This document shows positions 21,523 to 33,184 of a stretch of DNA of 64,000 nt, piece after piece. Made by a program: the position numbers and the translations under genes. The notes under the pieces were generated by a model, which was not told where the DNA came from, ran no database searches, and saw nothing but the letters and a program-made list of their open reading frames with translations. Position 1 is the stretch's first letter. Every line of letters starts with the position of its first letter. This DNA comes from Trichomonas gallinae (Eukaryota), in assembly GCA_008369845.1 (NCBI GenBank), contig MRSU01005936.1:1-64000 (forward strand), written 5' to 3'.

Positions 21523-22617
21523 ATGCTGAGTTTCTGCGGATGCAAAGCGAAAACATCTTTTATGAGGTATCTTGCAAAGCCAACAGTTAACTGGCAGTCG
21601 AAAGATATGTATGAGCGCCTCGGAGTTAAAAGCGACGCATCAATTGACGAAATAAAGAAAAAATATCACGAATTAGTTCGAGCTTATCACCCAGATATGA
21701 TCCAAAACGAAAAGGATAAAGAGGAGGGTCAGAAAATCCTCGCTGCTGTCAACGAAGCCTACGATACACTAAAAGATGAAAATAAAAGACAAGAATACGA
21801 CGCTTCAAGGCTCGGAGGTCATTCATTTGGCGGAGGGTTTGGCGGATTTGGCAGAGGACCTCAAATGCACTTCCAACAAAGAAAAATTCATCAGACGAGA
21901 GTTCAACTTTCGTTTGCGGAGAGCGTGAGAGGCGTAGATAGAGAGGTTGTACTACATATGGACGAACCATGCAAGAAATGTCACGGAAATTGCACGAATG
22001 ATGGAAAACCTCCGAATACTTGCCCATTGTGTAATGGCCAAGGCATAATGGTTCAAGGATTCATACCAATGCCATGCCCTCAATGCGGTGGACGCGGATT
22101 TTACGTTACAAACCCATGCACAAATTGCCATGGACAAGGAACTACTACAAAACCTACAACGATCAAAGTTCCAATTCCACCAGGTGTTCAGCATGGCAGT
22201 GTGTTGAACTTCAACACCAATTTCGGACCGATTATGGTTATGTGTATGGTTGATGATGATCCACTTCTCAAACGTGACGGAATGGATCTGCATATCACTG
22301 TGCCAATCAGTGTTAAGACTGCTTTGCTCGGTGGATCAGTTAAAGTTCCTACATTAACAGGAATTGTCGAAAAACGAGTTTTACCTGGCACACAGCCTTA
22401 CGACATAGAAAGACTTCCTGGTGCAGGCATCGCCAAGCAAGGAGATCTTTATATTCACTATAAAGTTATTATTCCAAGAGTTTTGTCAGGTGCAGACAGA
22501 AAGAAGCTCCAGGAAATGGGTGAGAAATACATGAAGAATACAAGCGATAACTGGAACTCTTATCTCGAAGAATACGCAAGAAGAATGATGTTTGATAATA
22601 AATCGAAGAAGAAATAA
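21523..22617 (+). CDS. Type I DnaJ/Hsp40, possibly hydrogenosomal (Mdj1-like)
   Basis: J domain with HPD, G/F region, four CxxCxGx(G/C) motifs, DnaJ C-domain; N-terminal extension MLSF...FMRYL. Confidence 0.93.
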   Translation: MLSFCGCKAKTSFMRYLAKPTVNWQSKDMYERLGVKSDASIDEIKKKYHELVRAYHPDMIQNEKDKEEGQKILAAVNEAYDTLKDENKRQEYDASRLGGHSFGGGFGGFGRGPQMHFQQRKIHQTRVQLSFAESVRGVDREVVLHMDEPCKKCHGNCTNDGKPPNTCPLCNGQGIMVQGFIPMPCPQCGGRGFYVTNPCTNCHGQGTTTKPTTIKVPIPPGVQHGSVLNFNTNFGPIMVMCMVDDDPLLKRDGMDLHITVPISVKTALLGGSVKVPTLTGIVEKRVLPGTQPYDIERLPGAGIAKQGDLYIHYKVIIPRVLSGADRKKLQEMGEKYMKNTSDNWNSYLEEYARRMMFDNKSKKK

Positions 22618-22815
22618 TATAATAAATAACTGTTTCTATTCTATTGAAACCAAAAAAATCTTTTTCAATCTAATTATTTACCTAATTTTCATTAATAAAT
22701 TATCTAATTTTATTTCTCGAAAAAAGTTTACAAATTTCTTATTCAGATATACCATGCCATTTAATATATCAATGATGTATTGATTTCTTCGATAATAAGA
22801 AAAAATATATAAAAA

Positions 22816-24057
22816 TTATTCTGATTCTTCTAAAACTTTCATGTAATGTGTTGCTGATTCTGACACATCGCTTCTTGATGAATTGCAAAGTTCTTCAATT
22901 GCTTCTCCAAGAATATCATAACATTCTTCACATAATCCGAATTTAACGATTGTGTTGAGGATCATTGCAGTAACTTGACCATCACAATCATCACCTGTCA
23001 CATACTGAGCAACTTGTAATAAAACAAGTGGAATCGATTCACCGCAGTATTCTATGTATTTGCAAATGAAGAATGCTGTCAAAGATTTGCATTTATAGGA
23101 TCTGTCGGGATTCATTAAGATATTTGTAAAAATTGATAAAATAAATTCCGGAATTATTTCTTCTTCACCAATTTTTTCTGAATTGGAAAGAGCCCAGATT
23201 CCAGTTGCAACTACATGATCAGATGAATTCTTGGATATTCCAGTGTTGAAATCATGTATTGTTAAAGATCTGGCCAAGCCAATGATTCTGAAGAAAGCTC
23301 CAACACTTTCTGGATTTATTTGTCCTATTGTATTCTTTGCATATGCAATGAGACCTTTTTCTCTCAAATAACTATCAAAATTTTCAACATTTCTTGAATA
23401 GACTGATAAACAGTCATATAATACTTCTGGAGAGAAGTTTTGATGGATAAATGTTATAACCTGATCAAATAATTCATCAGATATCGGATGACGGAGAAGA
23501 TTATATAAAAATTGTTTGAGTTTGGGGAAGTATCTGTTTTTCATGATAAAATCAAGTATTTTTACATTAGTAATGGATTCTAACAAGCTATACAGTATTT
23601 CTTTCTCACTGATAGCCGTAGATATTAATATCAAAATGCTTTGTTTCAGACCTGAATCGTTTGCTTCGTAAACCATCAGTCTTCTCAATAGATCGATCGT
23701 ATCTGCGTTGTTTATGAACACATTTTTCCTGTAGATCAACATTTGTGTCAATGTCCAGATCGAATTAATCTTGATCTTCACTGAAGCATCAGAATGAATG
23801 ATTTTGATGCATATTCCAAGCACTATTGCATCAGAAGTTTCGTTATTAGATAGATTATGGCATGTTTGACCATAATTGACCAGTGAACGATTGAATTCTT
23901 CAAAATTCTGTTCTTCGAATGATTTTTTGATGAATTCAATGAGTGATGGAACAGAACTCTCCAGTGGCATGCAAGAATATGGTATATCTATTCCACATCT
24001 ATTTATCTTTCGCTGATATGATATCGAACGCATTTTATTTAATAAATAATCGTTCAT
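22816..24057 (-). CDS. Hypothetical protein, probable ARM-like helical fold (413 aa)
   Basis: Long ORF; helical repeats with SIWTLTQM and GIWALSN. Confidence 0.75.
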   Translation of the reverse strand: MNDYLLNKMRSISYQRKINRCGIDIPYSCMPLESSVPSLIEFIKKSFEEQNFEEFNRSLVNYGQTCHNLSNNETSDAIVLGICIKIIHSDASVKIKINSIWTLTQMLIYRKNVFINNADTIDLLRRLMVYEANDSGLKQSILILISTAISEKEILYSLLESITNVKILDFIMKNRYFPKLKQFLYNLLRHPISDELFDQVITFIHQNFSPEVLYDCLSVYSRNVENFDSYLREKGLIAYAKNTIGQINPESVGAFFRIIGLARSLTIHDFNTGISKNSSDHVVATGIWALSNSEKIGEEEIIPEFILSIFTNILMNPDRSYKCKSLTAFFICKYIEYCGESIPLVLLQVAQYVTGDDCDGQVTAMILNTIVKFGLCEECYDILGEAIEELCNSSRSDVSESATHYMKVLEESE

Positions 24058-24328
24058 CTCTCAATTAAGTTCCTCGGGGAAGTTCACTTTTGTTATCGTC
24101 TTAAACGCAATGTATTTTTGGCTGAAGCGAATCTATATATAAATAATTTCACTTTTTCCAATATAACATTAATGAAATATTGAATTTTTTTAATGATTTA
24201 TGATTAAAATATATTTCAGTCAGATTTAATGTTTTGAGATGCAATCAACGCTGGAATACTTGTTTTGTGACCAAAAAAATATAAATCCAGCTAAGTATTT
24301 TTTATTTTTTTTTTTTTTTTTTTTTTTT

Positions 24329-26203
24329 GCAGCAATAAATAATGCTGTTTCTCCAAAAGAATTTTTTATTTCAATGTTTCCACTCGAAGTTATAATATCA
24401 TTCATGAGTTCCTGATCGTTGCAATGGCTATTCTTGCATTGGTAATATTCATTGGCACATCATTTTGCCTAAATATATTTGATGATTCAAAATATGCAAA
24501 ACTAGAATATAGTGATTATTAACTTTATTCAAACAGTAAACTTATTTATCTATTAAATTATTTATGAATAATAAAACTATTTTATTTCTAATCTACATTC
24601 ATTTTATGATAGAGTTTATGTACCATTTTGCAACCAAGATCCATTGACAGCATCATTTGATGACATGTTTCTTCATTTCGTTATTCTTTTTGCACCAAGT
24701 TCTCTCAATCTCGTTGTGGCTTTATAATTTTTGTCATCTTTAGCTTTAAATAATGTAGTTTTCCCATCTTTGTCTTGAGCTTAGATAATTGCACCAAGTT
24801 CTACCAATTCTGTAATGGCTTCAACACTATTTTTCGATACAGCTTCAAATAGTGAAGTTGCGCCGCATTTATCTTTAGCCTCAATATTCGCACCAAGTTC
24901 TAATATAGTTTGTTAATTGCTTGAACACTATTTTGTTTAGCGGCTCTAAATAATGGTGTTTTCCCATTCTTATCTTTAGCCTCGATATTTGCACCAAGTT
25001 TTACTAATTTTGCTATGGCTTCGACATTATTATACCATGCAGCTGTAAATAATGGAGTTTCGCTATATTTGTCTTTACATTCAATATTTGCACCAAGCTG
25101 AACTAATCTTGCTATTACGTTCACACTATTTTGTTTAGCAGCTTTAAATAATGGTGTTTTCCCATTGCTGTCTTTGGCCTCAATGTTTGCACCAAGTTTT
25201 ACTAATTCTATAATAGCGAAATCACTATTTCTTTTTGCGGCTATAAATAATGGAGTTTCGCCATTATTGGTTTAATTTCAATATTTGCACGAAGTTTTAC
25301 CAATTCTTCGATAAGATGACTATTATCATAATATGCAGCCTCAAATATTGGGGTTGCGCCATAGTCGTTTTTGCATTGATATCTGCAACAAGTTCTATCA
25401 ATTTCGTATTGACATCGCGATTGAATATATTTTTGAATAATATTGTTTCACCATTGCTGCCTTTTTCATTGATATTTGTCCCATGTTCTAACAATTTGGT
25501 GATAATTGCGACATTACATTGAGCTTTGAATAATGGTGATTCGCGATTATCTGCCCCAAGTTCTAACAATTTTGTGAAGGCTTCGAAATTCTCCTTCCTT
25601 AAGACGTAATGTAATGGAGTTCTTCCACATTCGTCTGTTTCATTAATATTTGCCCCATGTTCGACCAATATTGAAATTGCTTCAAAAAAGTTTTTTTCTA
25701 CCACAATTTGTAATGGAGTTTCTCTTAATCCGTTTGTTACATTTATATCTGCACCAAGTTCTACCAATTTCCTTATCGCTTCAATTCGATTCCTTTCTAC
25801 AGCTACAATCAATGGTGTTTCATGGTTATCATCTGTTGCATTGATATTAGCGTGATGCTTTATTAATTCAGCTATGGCCTCGACATTATTTTCTCTTGCA
25901 GCTTCATGTAATGGAGTTCTTCCACTTTTGTCCTTACTATTGAGATACGCATAATGGTCGTGCAGTTTTGTTATGATTTCAACACGATTAAAATGTGCAG
26001 CTATATGTAATGGAGAACATCCATTTTTGTCTGTTGCATATATATGCACCTAAGCTTATAAGGGAATCAACAAGTTCTGGATTTTGGAAATTAACTCCAT
26101 ATAATAAAAAAGCTTTGATTTCTCTGAAGGCATTCGTCAATGATGGATACACATCTGCCAAGAATGTTATAATCAAGACATTTTTTAGTGATTTCGATTC
26201 CAT
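24329..26203 (-). pseudogene. Multiply frameshifted ankyrin repeat pseudogene
   Basis: LGANIEAKD..G.TPLF.AA repeats spread over several frames (25988-26203, 25297-26049, 24900-25124 and further fragments); in-frame TAA at 24781-24783; last fragment GETALFIAA abuts a poly(A) run. Confidence 0.85.
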
Positions 26204-26521
26204 TACTCCTTAAATATCTGAAACATGCAACTGACCCACAAAAGCATCAGTTTTCGATGAGAGATTTTCCGAAAAGTTTTTGATTGAAGTCAATACTTGG
26301 ACTTGAAAAAATTATTTCTTTGAGCGATTTGACATTGTCATACATCCTATAATATCAGTTTTTGAACATTTTTTGAGCGCCTTTTTTACACGAAAAGCGC
26401 CGAAAATAATTAATATTTGAGCATCATATCTTCTAGACAAAATGGATTTTCCAGTTTATGTACATAAACAAATTGTAATAGAATAGATGGAATTTTAATA
26501 AAACAAATGATAGATAATATT

Positions 26522-29497
26522 TTAAAAATAGCTTGCTGACTTTATAGCCTTTGTTCGCTTTGGCGCCCAGAAGTTTATGATACCTTTTTCATCACCAGAT
26601 GCGCAAATATTTTCGTTCAAATCGGCGCAAGTGACTCTATGCATGTGTCCGTGCAGCCCAGACATATATTTATCGCTGAGAATTACAGAGAAGGAAGTAG
26701 CCCTGTTTGACACCTTTAAGTCTTTCGGAGGCTTATTGTCGTATAACTCGAAGCTATGCGTTGGAGCAAGAGTGTCGATGACAAATGTTCCTGATTGATT
26801 TAGCGCGAATATGTGTTTCCCTAGTGCAGAAACGCAGCTGCAGACACCGCAGATCTTTATGATTGGCTCTGAAGATGACATGTCATAGAAATAAACAGCT
26901 TCTTCGCATACAGCGGCAAATCCAGAATTTTGCACTGACACTAGATACCTTGTCGGCGAAAGTGCTTCCGTCGTCCAAACTGGCAGATTGATCCTCTTGT
27001 CGAACACGTATATGTTGGACTCCGTGGCGATTGGAATGAACGGGTTATTGAAATATGTGTCAAAGCATTTAATCTTCTTGTCGAGTTGTATTTGACTGAC
27101 GACGTCCAACGTGTTCATATCGCGGATTTCAATGAGCTCCATATTCAGTGGATGCGTGAGTATTGAGTTTCCATCAGCCTGGCGTATTTTGGTGATTGTC
27201 TGCTTGCAGTCTATGGCTTTGTTGACGTCTTGTAATGAGTTCATTACATATATTGAGTTGTTTGTTGAAAACATAATATTTCCGGTGCTGATCTTTTCCA
27301 TGTCGAAAATAGGCTCTTTGAAGACCATGGCGCTGACTTTCTTGATATGTGGCTCTGCAACTTGCAATGTTATGCTTGATAGCTGCGATTTTCCAACGAG
27401 AGAAATAAAATTCATATCATTATTCGGCGAAAAAACGTATCTGACTGGTTCATCTTGGCTGACCCTGACTGAAGTGAAGAATGCAGACATTGGCCACTCG
27501 CCTTTGCTGTTAGGAACGAAAGTTGTGCCAGAATATTTCGCCCGAGCAGGCGTTTTCTTTTTATCGTCATCTGGTGACTTATCTGTTTCGTATACTAAGT
27601 CTGTGACGAATTCACCAGCAAAGGCAATCTTATATCGGCCACCTAAAAGATCAATTAATTCTGACGCGGCAGCTCTGTCTAAATATGTTCCACGACTGGC
27701 GCATGAGACTGCTATATCGTAGAAAATAGTGTAATCTATAGGATTTATTGGTATTTCTTTTAAGAATTTGATTAATGAAAAGATATTTTGCGAACCAAAC
27801 TGATTTTTGAACTCAACTGATGTGAACGAGTTGACTATTGGCTCAAAAAGCTTGTTCATAAACTTTGTTCTCGCTCTTGAGTCGAAATTTTGGTAAAATG
27901 AAATAATCATGTCAATAATCTTTGGTAAAATACCGTCAATTGTGACTAGGAATAAAGTAAATTGGCAGATAATATCAAGGAGCTCGAAACTTCCGCTAAA
28001 ACTAGCTTTTTGGCAATTTAATAGAAATCCGCACGCAATTCCAAGCATTTTGTTGCGTAATGAAGGCGACAAGTCGCAGAGCTGTGAAAAAAGAGGCTCT
28101 AATTCATGCAAATCTGTGAGAAATGTCGGGAATATTTTAGACATTTCGATTGCAAAAAGAGGAATATCAGTGAGCACCATAAAAGCAAACTCTGTAGATC
28201 GAACAAGGTTCAAACGCTTAAATATAAAACTGGTGTGGTAGCCTCTTAAAGATTCAGGAACAGCTTTTACAGATCTCAAAATTTGTAAAATGCCTTGCCA
28301 AGCGTAAACAGCGATTATAGTTTGCCTCTCTATGAGTTCAAATAACGGTGGAATGGCCCTCGTTAATTTCTTTTCATCATCGAAGTATTGCAAAATATAT
28401 TCAACGTAATGGTCAACGAATTTGTCGAAAAAGAAGTTTTCATCGCATTCTATAAGAGCAGCCGATAGAATATTAAAGTAAACAAACGAGCCAATGTTAA
28501 TATCTGGAGGCAAAATTCTCATAATGTGTTGATGATTGTTTACAAGCATGCTTATGTCATCTGATTCAAGATTATATTGGTAGAAGCAATCGTAGAAGTC
28601 TGCAATCCATTTAGGGAAAAATTCTTTGAAATTCATAATTGTGACTAATCTTTCTTTACTATTCAAAGATATAAGCTGTGTCACAAGATTTCTCATCTTT
28701 TCGTCTGTTATTTTAGCAATTTTTTCAAAAACACTCTGATCTCCAGATTTATAACTAACAACTGAACCGAAATCAAACAAATCGTTGCCATCTAAAAATA
28801 TGTATGCAATAATACAGCCTAATGAAAATAAATCGGCAGCCACAGGATCAATGCCTGGTGAAGAATCAGAATCAACTAATCTTTCTGGTGCAATGTAAGC
28901 GCAGCCGAAGCATGAAAAGTAATGTAGATAGAAGTTGGGTTGGTTAGCACGTAGAATTTTTGGCTTGTATGGAGAAAGATCCGCGATTTTTACTTGTAAT
29001 CTCGATGTAAGTAGTACATTGTCTGGTTTTAATGCGCCATGATAGATCCCATTTTCGTGTAATGATATTACGGACTGACATAGTTGATAAGCAATCCATA
29101 ATCTTTCGTATAAATTTAATTTTGGATAATCATCGAGTCGATTTGCTAAATCTGTGCGAAGATAAGGGCGTATCATGTATGCTGCGTTTGTATTTACTAC
29201 TATATTGTGTGGTATATTGCCTCTAATATCAGCGAACTTAGAATTAAATGTTGTTAATAGTTCTTGTGTGAGTTGAATAGCTTCTAATGACGCAGACCGA
29301 ATTTCTTTATATTGAGTGTCATTATCAGGTATATTATATCCTTTAATCACGTATTTTTTATTAGTTTTGATTTCAGTAACTTGATAACTTAGAAGAAACG
29401 TTCCATCAAAAAGACTCCTTTCGACTTTGTAGCCCATTTTTTCAACATCAGACATATACCAGCTCTGCCCTGAAGGACAGACAATCTGGTTTCCCAT
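26522..29497 (-). CDS. VPS15: Vps15/PIK3R4-like pseudokinase-HEAT-WD40 protein
   Basis: MGNQ N-terminus; kinase-like ERLWIAYQL, HGALKPDNVLLTS, DLSPYKP, YIAPER, DLFSLGC; helical middle; C-terminal WD40 (GHMHRVTC...SGDEKGIINFW). Confidence 0.85.
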   Translation of the reverse strand: MGNQIVCPSGQSWYMSDVEKMGYKVERSLFDGTFLLSYQVTEIKTNKKYVIKGYNIPDNDTQYKEIRSASLEAIQLTQELLTTFNSKFADIRGNIPHNIVVNTNAAYMIRPYLRTDLANRLDDYPKLNLYERLWIAYQLCQSVISLHENGIYHGALKPDNVLLTSRLQVKIADLSPYKPKILRANQPNFYLHYFSCFGCAYIAPERLVDSDSSPGIDPVAADLFSLGCIIAYIFLDGNDLFDFGSVVSYKSGDQSVFEKIAKITDEKMRNLVTQLISLNSKERLVTIMNFKEFFPKWIADFYDCFYQYNLESDDISMLVNNHQHIMRILPPDINIGSFVYFNILSAALIECDENFFFDKFVDHYVEYILQYFDDEKKLTRAIPPLFELIERQTIIAVYAWQGILQILRSVKAVPESLRGYHTSFIFKRLNLVRSTEFAFMVLTDIPLFAIEMSKIFPTFLTDLHELEPLFSQLCDLSPSLRNKMLGIACGFLLNCQKASFSGSFELLDIICQFTLFLVTIDGILPKIIDMIISFYQNFDSRARTKFMNKLFEPIVNSFTSVEFKNQFGSQNIFSLIKFLKEIPINPIDYTIFYDIAVSCASRGTYLDRAAASELIDLLGGRYKIAFAGEFVTDLVYETDKSPDDDKKKTPARAKYSGTTFVPNSKGEWPMSAFFTSVRVSQDEPVRYVFSPNNDMNFISLVGKSQLSSITLQVAEPHIKKVSAMVFKEPIFDMEKISTGNIMFSTNNSIYVMNSLQDVNKAIDCKQTITKIRQADGNSILTHPLNMELIEIRDMNTLDVVSQIQLDKKIKCFDTYFNNPFIPIATESNIYVFDKRINLPVWTTEALSPTRYLVSVQNSGFAAVCEEAVYFYDMSSSEPIIKICGVCSCVSALGKHIFALNQSGTFVIDTLAPTHSFELYDNKPPKDLKVSNRATSFSVILSDKYMSGLHGHMHRVTCADLNENICASGDEKGIINFWAPKRTKAIKSASYF

Positions 29498-29900
29498 AAT
29501 AAATATTTTTCTGTCATGTAAAAAATTAAAATATAATTTTACATGTCAAAAATATTTTTCGTGATTTTTACTGATAATTCTTTTTATTTACAATTTTTAT
29601 ATCTAATTTCGAAATTTTAAGACTTTTACTCCATTATATTTTATTTAAAATTTTATTTTCTCTAAACAAGCCTTTGTAATTTAATATATATGCTAACAAT
29701 TAGTATATAAATACATATTTAATCAGTAAATACCCATTTTATATCTATAATTACAGAGTCATAATTAATGATGATAAGCCAAATTAGAATGATGGAAATA
29801 TTTAATTAAGGTGCGCTAAGTATATTCGTACAGGAATAAAGGATAATAAACCTCGAAATTTAAACAATACAAACAAAAATAAGAAAAATAAAGGGAAAAA

Positions 29901-30791
29901 TTAGTGGGGGTTGCTATCTTGGTTGCAGTTACTTAACTCTTGATACTTCTTGTAGACAATTCCCTTCTTATAACCAAGTTGCTCTTTATAAACTTTAATG
30001 AGAGAAGGAAGAAGCTCTCTGACGGCCATCTCGTTAATGGGGAATGAGACTTTCCATAGATATTCGTTCTCATGTGTCACTATTGACGAAAGATATAAAA
30101 TGGCAGAAGCAATTGTCTGAGGATCATTAAAAGTATCAAGGAACAAGGATGTCAGTGCGACAATATTAGCAACTTCCTGGTATTTATCTGTAACATTACC
30201 GCTTCCAAGAGCTAATCTCAAATAAAATTGTTGAGTAGCAAAAGCAACATCATAATCCATCTGGCGAATGATACAATTTTCGCAACAGTAAAATTCTCTC
30301 GTGGAATAATTGTCGCCGCAGACAGTAACGAAATCCGATAATGTTGGAGTGCTAGATTCCTCGATTTTTGAGGCAATCCATAAAGCTGTGGCAGCAAATA
30401 ACTGCAAATGACATGTCCTTACCTTTTTAACTCGTGTAATAATATTAAATAATGAAATACCCAGGAAAAGTGTTTCGTTAGTGAGTGACATCTCATAATA
30501 TACACGAATACACCAATCGATGACGATAATCTTAGCATTGCTCTTAACGTTTTCAATATTTGTTCCAATATATGCATTGATTTCGCTCTGATGATTATTA
30601 ATATTTGCTATAGCGAGAGGTATATAGTCTACGACTCCGTGAGATGACCAGTTAACATCTTCCTCTTCTGAGCTAAATGAACCATCAAAGGAATCCTCAT
30701 TAAAGCAGTTGTACATCCTGAGCATGTTGTCATTAACAATATCCAATATCGGTCTGAATTCCTTATAGCTTGATGTGCTCAATGTTTCCAT
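29901..30791 (-). CDS. Cyclin (A/B-like cyclin box); start ATG 30791 or 30818
   Basis: IVIDW...ETLFLGISLFN...LQLFAATALWIASKIEE cyclin box. Confidence 0.9.
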   Translation of the reverse strand: METLSTSSYKEFRPILDIVNDNMLRMYNCFNEDSFDGSFSSEEEDVNWSSHGVVDYIPLAIANINNHQSEINAYIGTNIENVKSNAKIIVIDWCIRVYYEMSLTNETLFLGISLFNIITRVKKVRTCHLQLFAATALWIASKIEESSTPTLSDFVTVCGDNYSTREFYCCENCIIRQMDYDVAFATQQFYLRLALGSGNVTDKYQEVANIVALTSLFLDTFNDPQTIASAILYLSSIVTHENEYLWKVSFPINEMAVRELLPSLIKVYKEQLGYKKGIVYKKYQELSNCNQDSNPH

Positions 30792-31463
30792 ACAAAATAA
30801 TTTATTAATTGAAAGCATTAACAAATTGTAAAGAACTTTTAAGCGTAAATTTATTTTATGGGATTTATTTTTGGTATTAGTTATATAGCATATTTACAAA
30901 AAATAATTATTTACACTATAAAATTATTTTATTGTATATCATGTGATTATCTTATATTTTGATTTTTATCATGTCTTTTCAATTATCAAAACTATCAATT
31001 TTTGAATAGTGATAACCCCTGATTTTACATTTTGATGACCAAAATAATTATAGTTTTCATCCATAAAATATGACCTATACATATTGATGATGATATCTTT
31101 TACAATAAAAATATAAAATCACTAAGGAATATTCTTAATTTTAAATAAGGTTAATTAATTATTTTTTACATGACAGATTTCACATCGTATTTTCGTTTCT
31201 ATATTATTTGGTATCTCTCCTTTTATATATTATTTTAATTTAAAAACAAAAGCAAAACAAGACATCTGATTTTGATTTGCAATTATCAGATTATATCTTT
31301 TGTTCTTCCTTATTTTGAGTACCATGCTTCATATCATTATGTTCATACTTATTTTAATTACTTTTTATAAGTTTAAAAATGAGTTATAATTTCAAAAGTA
31401 TTTAATAGCTGTGTTAGCAAGTAACCAAATGGTAATGAACTAGGATTTTCATCAGTACAGTTT

Positions 31464-31479
31464 TGTGTGTGTGTGTGTG
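31464..31479. repeat. (TG)8 microsatellite
   Basis: Read directly; about 100 bp downstream of the BspA-like stop. Confidence 0.9.
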
Positions 31480-31576
31480 AATTTCGTGAATATTAATTGA
31501 TATGTATGGTGAACTAGGAATAAATTGAGTTTTTGTCAATAGATTTTTACTTAATTTATTCTTACATTCTACTGAT

Positions 31577-33184
31577 TTAAACTGCGAATCTTCCAGTCAA
31601 TTCCGCTGTTAAATCAGACTCTTCGTATTTTCTGGGCTTCTTCAATAAAAAGACGCCGGCAGTAACAGCAACACCAACAATAACAAGCGCAGCAACAATA
31701 ATTCCTACAATCAGACCTGTTTTCTTCTTATTGCCTCTAGCATTGCCCTCTATTTCCTTTGAGCCTTGATCAGCTGGTGAAGAAGTTGACTCTTCAGGAC
31801 TAGTTGTTGGCTTTTCTGGTGCTGGAGACTGTGTTGGTGGTTTAATAGGCATGGCTGACTGCGTTGGCAAAACTTCTGGCTTTGGTGTTTGTGTAGGTGG
31901 AACAACAGGTTTTGGTGTTTGTGTTGGTTGAACTACAGGCTTTAGTGATTGAGTAGGTGGGACCATAGATTTCGTTGGTGGAATTGGTGTCTTAGTTGGT
32001 GGGACTGGAGATTTCGTTGGTGGGACTGGTGTTTCAGTTGGTTGAACTACAGGCTTTGGTGTTTGTGTAGGAGCTGGTGAAGGTGCATCAACGATGCCAG
32101 CATTGATTTGTTCAACTGTTAAAATGCCATAATTCACTGGTGATATTGGTGGTAAAGGCTCAAGCGGTGTTAAGCATGTTTCTTCGAATGGATTTGAAGT
32201 AAGCATTTCTCTGATTTTGTATTCTTCTTCTTTGGAATATCCAGGAACTTTGAGGTAGCAAATATTCTTTGTTTCAGAGAAAACATTTGTACCAAATTCA
32301 GGGAATTTGCTTGGTAAATGTAGATATTGAAGATTTGAGCAACTACCTATTGCGTTATTTCCGATTGAAACCACTGAGTCTGGGATATAGATAGCTCTGA
32401 TTTTGCTGTGGAAAAACGCTGTGTCTTCGATTTTGATGAGAGTATCAGGAAGTTTAACTTCATATAATTGCTCTGTAAATCTAAAGATGCCTGATGGAAG
32501 GATTTTGAGTGTGCTTGGTAGGGTGATATTATCAAGCCATGGACAATATGAGAATGCATTTGATCCAAGGCTAGTGACGGTTTCAGGAATTACCATCTTT
32601 CGGATTTTCGTTCCACTGAAAGCATAATCATTAATCATTTGAAGATTTGCTGGTAATTCGACCTTTTGCAAGCAGTTACAGTTCTGAAAAGCAGAAGTAA
32701 AAATGCTGGTAACTGATTCTGGTATCTTGTATTGTGTTATACTTGTACATCCATAAAATACGTGCGGTAATAATTGTGTTATTTCACCTTGAATGTCAAT
32801 ATCTGCTAAACTTGTGCAATTTCTAAATGCAGCAAAACCAATGTAGGTAACTGATGGAGGAATTGTGATTTGTTTAAGAGATATGCAACCAATGAAAGCA
32901 TTACTACCAATTGTTTTCAAAGAATCAGATAAATATACTGTCTTTAATTTTGAACAGTTGGCAAATGCTCTGTATTCAATAATTTGGAGATTATGTGCAG
33001 GTCTGCAGTCTACAGATTCGATCTCAGTTTCCAAAAATGATTCTTCACCAATGGCAGTACAATCAGATTTAACTTCAACAGTTGTACAGCCACTGGCAGC
33101 ATCAAGAATAGTATTGTCGTACGTAACATCGCAGGAAAGTGTTGTTCGTGATGATGAAAAAAGTAATAAAAAGAAAGCAATCAT
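31577..33184 (-). CDS. BspA-like (TpLRR) surface protein with signal peptide, Pro/Thr stalk, TM helix and short tail
   Basis: ATG 33184 MIAFFLLLFSS; LxxIxIPxSVTxIGxxAFxxC repeats; PTQTPKP-type repeats; TM LIVGIIVAALVIVGVAVTAGVFLL followed by KKPRK. Confidence 0.93.
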   Translation of the reverse strand: MIAFFLLLFSSSRTTLSCDVTYDNTILDAASGCTTVEVKSDCTAIGEESFLETEIESVDCRPAHNLQIIEYRAFANCSKLKTVYLSDSLKTIGSNAFIGCISLKQITIPPSVTYIGFAAFRNCTSLADIDIQGEITQLLPHVFYGCTSITQYKIPESVTSIFTSAFQNCNCLQKVELPANLQMINDYAFSGTKIRKMVIPETVTSLGSNAFSYCPWLDNITLPSTLKILPSGIFRFTEQLYEVKLPDTLIKIEDTAFFHSKIRAIYIPDSVVSIGNNAIGSCSNLQYLHLPSKFPEFGTNVFSETKNICYLKVPGYSKEEEYKIREMLTSNPFEETCLTPLEPLPPISPVNYGILTVEQINAGIVDAPSPAPTQTPKPVVQPTETPVPPTKSPVPPTKTPIPPTKSMVPPTQSLKPVVQPTQTPKPVVPPTQTPKPEVLPTQSAMPIKPPTQSPAPEKPTTSPEESTSSPADQGSKEIEGNARGNKKKTGLIVGIIVAALVIVGVAVTAGVFLLKKPRKYEESDLTAELTGRFAV

